From contig OZ250150.1 in the NCBI GenBank assembly GCA_965237675.1, positions 5,088,001 through 5,152,000 of the forward strand: a stretch of DNA of 64,000 bases. The letters run 5' to 3'. The translations under genes were made by a program, and so were the position numbers. The notes under the pieces were generated by a model, which ran no database searches, had not been told where the DNA came from, and was given only the letters and a program-made list of their open reading frames with translations. Source of the DNA: Candidatus Latescibacterota bacterium. GTDB lineage: Bacteria > Latescibacterota > UBA2968 > GCA-2709665. Shown piece by piece: positions 58,772-64,000 of the stretch (the first letter of the stretch is position 1; the number at the start of each line of letters is the position of its first letter).

Positions 58772-59949
58772 GGTGGACGCTTCATCAGGCCGTGCTGCTT
58801 TTCGCCGTGTGGACGGCGCTTTTTACAGCCGCACACGGCCGCGAGGTGGAAACGGGCGTCTCCGACCAGCGCATTCTCTTCGGTCAATCCGCCGCCTTCA
58901 GCGGCCCGGCTGCGCAACTCGGCACGGACATGAAACGCGGGATTGAATCCGCGTTCCACGAGATCAACCGGCGCGGCGGCGTCCACGGACGTCGGTTGGA
59001 ACTCGTGTCTCGTGATGACGCGTACGAGCCGGAAGCGGCGATCGCGAACACCCTCGCCCTCATCAAAGAGGAAGAGGTGTTCGCTCTTATCGGTGCCGTA
59101 GGCACGCCGACGTCGCGTTCAGCCACCCCGGTCGCCGCCGAGGCCAATATCCCCTATATCGCCCCCTTCACCGGTGCGGCGTTCCTTCGGGATCCAAAGT
59201 GGAAAAATGTAATCAACTTGAGGGCGTCGTACGACCAGGAAACGGAGGAGATGGTTGCGCGGCTGACCGGCGACCTCGGCATAGAGCGCATCGCCGTCAT
59301 GTACCAGGACGATTCCTTCGGCCGTGCCGGCTACCACGGCGCACGACGCGCACTCGAAAGGCGGGGAATGGCGGCCGTGGCAGTCGGGTTGTATCCGCGC
59401 AACACCACGGCGGTGAAGACGGCTCTGCTCGACCTGCGCAGGGGAAACCCCGAGGCGGTAATCCTTATAGGCGCGTATGATCCGGTCGCGACATTTATCT
59501 CATGGGCGCGACGCGTCCATATGAACCCCGTTTTCATTACCATCTCGTTTGTGGGAAGCAACGCACTGGCCAGGCAATTGGGAGAAGCCGGAGCCGGGGT
59601 CCATGTCACTCAGGTTGTGCCTTTTCCAACGGACGATGATTTTCCCGTCGCATCTGCATACCGCCAGGCTCTGGCGGCCTTTGCTTCCGATGTGGTTCCG
59701 GGATTCGTTTCATTCGAAGGGTACCTGGCCGGTCGCCTGGCCATCGCCGCCCTCGAACGCTGTGGCCCGGATGTCAACCGAGATTCCTTTGTCAATAGCC
59801 TCCGCAGTTCTGAAATCGTCGATCTGGACGGATTCAAACTGCGATTTGGCAGCCAGGACAATCAGGGGTCGGATGCCGTCTTTCTGACCAAGATCGGTCG
59901 TGACGGGCATTATTATCCAATCGATACGCTCAAGGAAACGGAGCCGTGA
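58768..59949 (+). CDS. Periplasmic binding protein, Leu/Ile/Val (type I) family
   Basis: GQSAAFSGPAA, GGVHGR, DDAYEP, GAVGTPT, RASY, YQDDSFG. Confidence 0.9.
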   Translation: MRWTLHQAVLLFAVWTALFTAAHGREVETGVSDQRILFGQSAAFSGPAAQLGTDMKRGIESAFHEINRRGGVHGRRLELVSRDDAYEPEAAIANTLALIKEEEVFALIGAVGTPTSRSATPVAAEANIPYIAPFTGAAFLRDPKWKNVINLRASYDQETEEMVARLTGDLGIERIAVMYQDDSFGRAGYHGARRALERRGMAAVAVGLYPRNTTAVKTALLDLRRGNPEAVILIGAYDPVATFISWARRVHMNPVFITISFVGSNALARQLGEAGAGVHVTQVVPFPTDDDFPVASAYRQALAAFASDVVPGFVSFEGYLAGRLAIAALERCGPDVNRDSFVNSLRSSEIVDLDGFKLRFGSQDNQGSDAVFLTKIGRDGHYYPIDTLKETEP

Positions 59950-62147
59950 TCCGTACGCTGAATCATCTGCTCAAGGGCCGCTTCCGTATCGCCACGCAAC
60001 TCTATCTCGGAATCGGAGGCGCCGTTGCCATAACCATGGTCGCCAGTCTGGTCGGGTGGTTCTCATTCGATCTCGTGGGCGACATTCAGAACCGTGTGAA
60101 CGAGGGCAGCGTCCCTGAAATGGCCGCCGCTTTTGGAGTCGCCCAGCAGAGCGGTACTCTGGTCGCCGCCGCTCCTCGTCTGACGTCGGCCGCGACTGTG
60201 GACGACTTCGACCGCGTAAAGGCAGATATCGCCGAAGAGCGCAGGGCTTTCGAAACGCAGTTGGCGGCCCTGATGCGCCGGGACATCAAGCAAGAAAACG
60301 AGGAGCGTCACAGGCGAATTCGCGACTATGCCGCCGCGCTCACGTCCAACATCGAAGCAATTGAGCACGAGGTAGCCGAGTTGTTCAAAGTCAGCGCACG
60401 TAGCGAAGCGCTACGTGCGGAACTGTCCGATTTACGGGGCAAGTTGTCCGGCATGCTGATACCCGCCATCGACGATCAGCTCTTCTATGCGATGACAGGC
60501 TACCGTACTATTGGCCAACCGCCCGCGCCCCGCGAGCGGCATTTTTCAAATGATGAATTCGATCGGTACCGCCACCTGGCCGATCTGAAGGCCGACGCCA
60601 CTATCGCAACACAACTCCTGTCAAGTTCATTCAATCTGTCGGATGCCCTTCTGCTGGAACCACTTCGGGAGCGTTTTGAAGCTGCTGCCGGGCGTATCGA
60701 GCGGAGCTTGTCGGCACTGGGTACATCCCCCTGGCGCGATCGAATCGCCCCGCACCTGAATCGGCTTTTCGAGCTGGGTCTGGGCGAACAGGGCAGTTTC
60801 GATCTGCTAATTCGCGAGTTCGCGCTGACCGAGCGGCAGCGAAACCTCCTCCAGGACAATCAGAACCTCGAAATCGAACTCGACACCGAAGTTGAGGGGC
60901 TCGTCAGTGCTGCCCGTGAGCGCACCCAGGAAGCCACGCGGGCATCCACTCAGGCGATCGGGACGGGGCGTAGCGTTCTGCTGGGTCTAAACGTGGTGAG
61001 CATCACCGGGGCCGTACTGATCGCCTGGCTTTTCGTTGGCCGTGTGTTGTTGCGCCGGCTCGAACGGTTGTCGGACAGGATGCGAGGCATGGCCGATGGC
61101 GACCTGGAAGCCAGGGTCGACATGAGCGGGAACGACGAGGTCGCCGATATGGCGGCGGCTCTGGAGGTATTCCGGCGTCACGCCCTGGAAGTCCAACGCC
61201 TGAACCTCGTCGAAAAGCTGGCTGAGGAGTTGCGGGAGAAAAACGAGCAGCTGGAAGCCGTGTTGGAGGACCTCCGGCGGGCACAGGACCAGATTGTGAT
61301 GCGGGAGAAACTGGCGGCGCTTGGGGAGCTGACCGCCGGGGTGGCCCACGAGATCAAGAACCCGCTGAATTTTGTCAAGAATTTCTCCGAGGTCTCCGGG
61401 GAACTATTGGAGGAACTCCAGGAGGAACTTGAGGAAACACTCAGCGAGGAGGCCGGGAATCTGGACGAAGAACAGCGGGAACTCATCCAGGAAATCTGCC
61501 AGGACCTCACCGACAACCTCGCACGCATCGGCGAACACGGAGAGCGCGCCAACCGGATCGTCCAGGACATGCTGTCAATGGGACGGGATTCCGCCCAGCG
61601 GCAGCCGACCAACATCAACCACCTGCTCGACGAACACGCCAGGCTTGCCTATCACAGCGTAAGGGCGGCCGACCCGGACTTCCAACTCGACATCCAACAG
61701 GATCTGGATCCGTCAGTGGGGGAAGTCGCGGTGATCCCACAGGATATGGGCCGGGTGTTTCTGAACATGGTGAGCAATGCCTGCTACGCGACTGACGAAA
61801 AACGGCGAGCGAATGAACAATCCGACAATAACAAAGCGCCTTACATGCCGACCCTGTGGTTGACAACCCGACGTGGCTCGGAACGGTTCGAGGTACGTAT
61901 CAAGGATAACGGAAGTGGAATGCCACCCCATGTGGTCGACAAGATTTTCAACCCGTTTTTCACGACCAAGCCCACGGACCAGGGCACAGGTCTCGGTCTT
62001 GCCCTTTCCAACGATATTGTCCGCGAGCACGGAGGCAACATACGGGTCGAGACCGAACCCGGCGAATTTACCGAGATGGTTGTCGAAATTCCACTGGAAG
62101 CACCCGCACTGGTGGTGGATGATACCACGAATGACGATGCGCCCTGA
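59946..62147 (+). CDS. Sensor histidine kinase (TorS-like periplasmic domain, HAMP, HisKA, HATPase)
   Basis: Two TMs, [54 protein letters not shown]. Confidence 0.93.
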   Translation: MIRTLNHLLKGRFRIATQLYLGIGGAVAITMVASLVGWFSFDLVGDIQNRVNEGSVPEMAAAFGVAQQSGTLVAAAPRLTSAATVDDFDRVKADIAEERRAFETQLAALMRRDIKQENEERHRRIRDYAAALTSNIEAIEHEVAELFKVSARSEALRAELSDLRGKLSGMLIPAIDDQLFYAMTGYRTIGQPPAPRERHFSNDEFDRYRHLADLKADATIATQLLSSSFNLSDALLLEPLRERFEAAAGRIERSLSALGTSPWRDRIAPHLNRLFELGLGEQGSFDLLIREFALTERQRNLLQDNQNLEIELDTEVEGLVSAARERTQEATRASTQAIGTGRSVLLGLNVVSITGAVLIAWLFVGRVLLRRLERLSDRMRGMADGDLEARVDMSGNDEVADMAAALEVFRRHALEVQRLNLVEKLAEELREKNEQLEAVLEDLRRAQDQIVMREKLAALGELTAGVAHEIKNPLNFVKNFSEVSGELLEELQEELEETLSEEAGNLDEEQRELIQEICQDLTDNLARIGEHGERANRIVQDMLSMGRDSAQRQPTNINHLLDEHARLAYHSVRAADPDFQLDIQQDLDPSVGEVAVIPQDMGRVFLNMVSNACYATDEKRRANEQSDNNKAPYMPTLWLTTRRGSERFEVRIKDNGSGMPPHVVDKIFNPFFTTKPTDQGTGLGLALSNDIVREHGGNIRVETEPGEFTEMVVEIPLEAPALVVDDTTNDDAP

Positions 62148-62169
62148 TGCCAGAACGCAGAACCAGCGC

Positions 62170-62256
62170 AGCCGCGTTGCCTTGCGCCGGGGCAGCCTCG
62201 TAGTGAACTCCAGCCAGGGCGGAGGCGGCAAAGACCTCTGGGTTTTGGACACCTGA
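62170..62256 (+). pseudogene. C-terminal remnant of a circularly permuted type 2 ATP-grasp gene
   Basis: [26 protein letters not shown] matches the family's C-terminal signature [22 protein letters not shown]. Confidence 0.75.
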
Positions 62257-62328
62257 TCAGAAGGACTCGTTTTTCGAACGGAAGACCACGCATTTTTCCA
62301 TTATGGCACAACCACGAAAGGAGAGGGT

Positions 62329-63714
62329 ATGACAGGTTCCACGAAATTGCCATTCCGAAAGCGCCTTGGCAGCACCATGGGGAAAGGCGCCCTGGTTTTG
62401 CTTGGCTGCATGCTTTGCGGAACCACCGCCGCGCACGCCGCGGTTGACCAGGAAACCATGTTTGTCTTCAATACCTTCGCGTTCCTTATATGGGGTGCGC
62501 TTATCATGTGGATGTGTGCCGGGTTCACCATGCTCGAGTCCGGGTCGGTACGTACAAAGAACGCCGGGATGATCTGCATGAAGAACATCGGGTTATATTC
62601 CATAGCGGGGCTGGCCTATTACCTCGTCGGCTATAACCTCATGTACACCGACGTCGGGAAGTTTGTCGGTTCATTCAAGTTCCTCTACGGGCCGTCTGCC
62701 GCCGACCTCGCCCTTGTGGCGGGACAGGAAGGGGCGAAAGCCAAGGTCGTGGCGAACAAATACTCCACTATGTCCGACTGGTTCTTCCAGATGGTGTTCG
62801 TGGCAACCGCCGCCTCGATCGTCTCCGGCGCGCTCGCGGAACGCGTCAAGATGTGGTCGTTTTTTCTCTTCACGCTGGCGCTGACGGCCGTAATCTATCC
62901 CATTGTGGGCGCCTGGACCTGGGGTGGAGGGTGGCTGAGCGCTATGGGTTTCAAGGATTTCGCCGGCTCGACCATCGTCCACAGCACGGGCGGCTGGGCG
63001 GCGCTGGCGGGCGTACTGGTGGTAGGGCCGCGGCTGGGAAAATTCCGGAGGGACGGCACGATTAAGGCCACGCCGCCATCCAATATCGTCGCGGTAACGC
63101 TGGGCGTCTTCATCCTATGGTTTGGTTGGCTCGGCTTCAACGGCGGATCCCAGTTGGCATTGGGAAGTGCCGCCGACGCAGTGGCTATGAGCCATGTGTT
63201 GGTCAACACGAACCTCGCGGCGTCGGCCGGAGTGCTGGTCGCTCTCATTTTATCGAAGCCGATCCTCGGACGCATGGATCTGTTCGCCAGCCTGAACGGC
63301 GCCATTGCCGGGCTGGTGTCGATTACTGCCGGGCCCGACATTGTCGAACACTATTGGGCAATCGTCATCGGCGGTATAGGCGCCGCCCTGTGCACGCTGG
63401 GAATCCGACTGCTGGAGAGGTTGAAGATCGACGACGTCGTCGGTGCGGTGCCCGCCCACTTATTCGCAGGCATCTGGGGAACGTTGGCGGTCTGCATCGC
63501 GGCAGGGGGCAATTTCGGCGTGCAACTGCTGGGCACGGTGGCGGTTGGCGTGTTCGTATTTTCGGTCACGTGGGTGATGTGGCGACTGTTGGCCGCGACC
63601 CTCGGCGTGCGCGTGTCCGACAAGGTCGAACGATTGGGCCAGGATGTCGGGGAGTTGGGAATGGAGGCCTACCCGGAGTTTGTGCTCAACCCTGAAGAAC
63701 CTGACGACGATTGA
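62329..63714 (+). CDS. amtB: Ammonium transporter
   Basis: GFTMLESG, FFQMVF, SGALAER, DFAGSTIVH, LWFGWLGFNGGS, NGAIAGLVSITA, IDDVVGAVPAH. Confidence 0.96.
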   Translation: MTGSTKLPFRKRLGSTMGKGALVLLGCMLCGTTAAHAAVDQETMFVFNTFAFLIWGALIMWMCAGFTMLESGSVRTKNAGMICMKNIGLYSIAGLAYYLVGYNLMYTDVGKFVGSFKFLYGPSAADLALVAGQEGAKAKVVANKYSTMSDWFFQMVFVATAASIVSGALAERVKMWSFFLFTLALTAVIYPIVGAWTWGGGWLSAMGFKDFAGSTIVHSTGGWAALAGVLVVGPRLGKFRRDGTIKATPPSNIVAVTLGVFILWFGWLGFNGGSQLALGSAADAVAMSHVLVNTNLAASAGVLVALILSKPILGRMDLFASLNGAIAGLVSITAGPDIVEHYWAIVIGGIGAALCTLGIRLLERLKIDDVVGAVPAHLFAGIWGTLAVCIAAGGNFGVQLLGTVAVGVFVFSVTWVMWRLLAATLGVRVSDKVERLGQDVGELGMEAYPEFVLNPEEPDDD

Positions 63715-64000
63715 TGGCAAGGAATTCTGGAAAACCGCGGTTACTGTCACGCAGTGCACGGGGCCTCTATTGGATAGGCCGTTACCTGGAACGGGCGGAG
63801 TATCTCTGCCGCCTGCTGCGATTTCATGTCGAAGCGCTTGTGGATCGGCCAATCCGTGAAATCTATTTCGGCTGGAGTCGCATTTACATGAGCTTGAATC
63901 GGCGGCCTCCCGGCGGTAGCATCACGATGGCCGGGAACGACGATTTCACGCTGGCCGATTCCACCCGGACTCGGAGCCGCCGCGTGGAGGGAGATCGACC

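Overview
GC-rich bacterial chromosomal window with about 50 genes, one tRNA-Thr(CGT) and no CRISPR or prophage. Gene content (GWxTD-type TPR protein, peptidase-propeller-Omp85 fusion, many Gfo/Idh/MocA and hydantoinase genes) suggests an FCB-group organism such as Latescibacterota; this is inference only. Main blocks: (i) 2.7-16.8 kb, a minus-strand envelope-lipid cluster (TPR-parvulin, GT4, TolC, nucleotidyltransferase/CDP-alcohol phosphotransferase fusion, MlaC-like, MMPL/RND, an internally duplicated unknown membrane protein, GMC and Gfo/Idh/MocA oxidoreductases, type-I-like GGPP synthase); (ii) LysR plus APH-like kinase divergent from a short archaeal-type PurA homologue with an altered IMP-binding loop; (iii) a complete IS1380 with a TTAA duplication; (iv) convergent hydantoinase A/B genes with an NCS2 permease; (v) ilvB and an archaeal-type valS, each preceded by an unannotated Val-rich leader peptide, antiterminator and terminator; (vi) an ECF sigma/anti-sigma/Spy-CpxP module with two identical GGAACG-N17-GTCTAAG promoters; (vii) a binding protein-histidine kinase-REC/PP2C-RsbW-STAS partner-switching island next to amtB. 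A three-copy MITE-like repeat overlaps TAG stop codons in two of its copies. All family calls come from motif recognition by eye; no database search was run.
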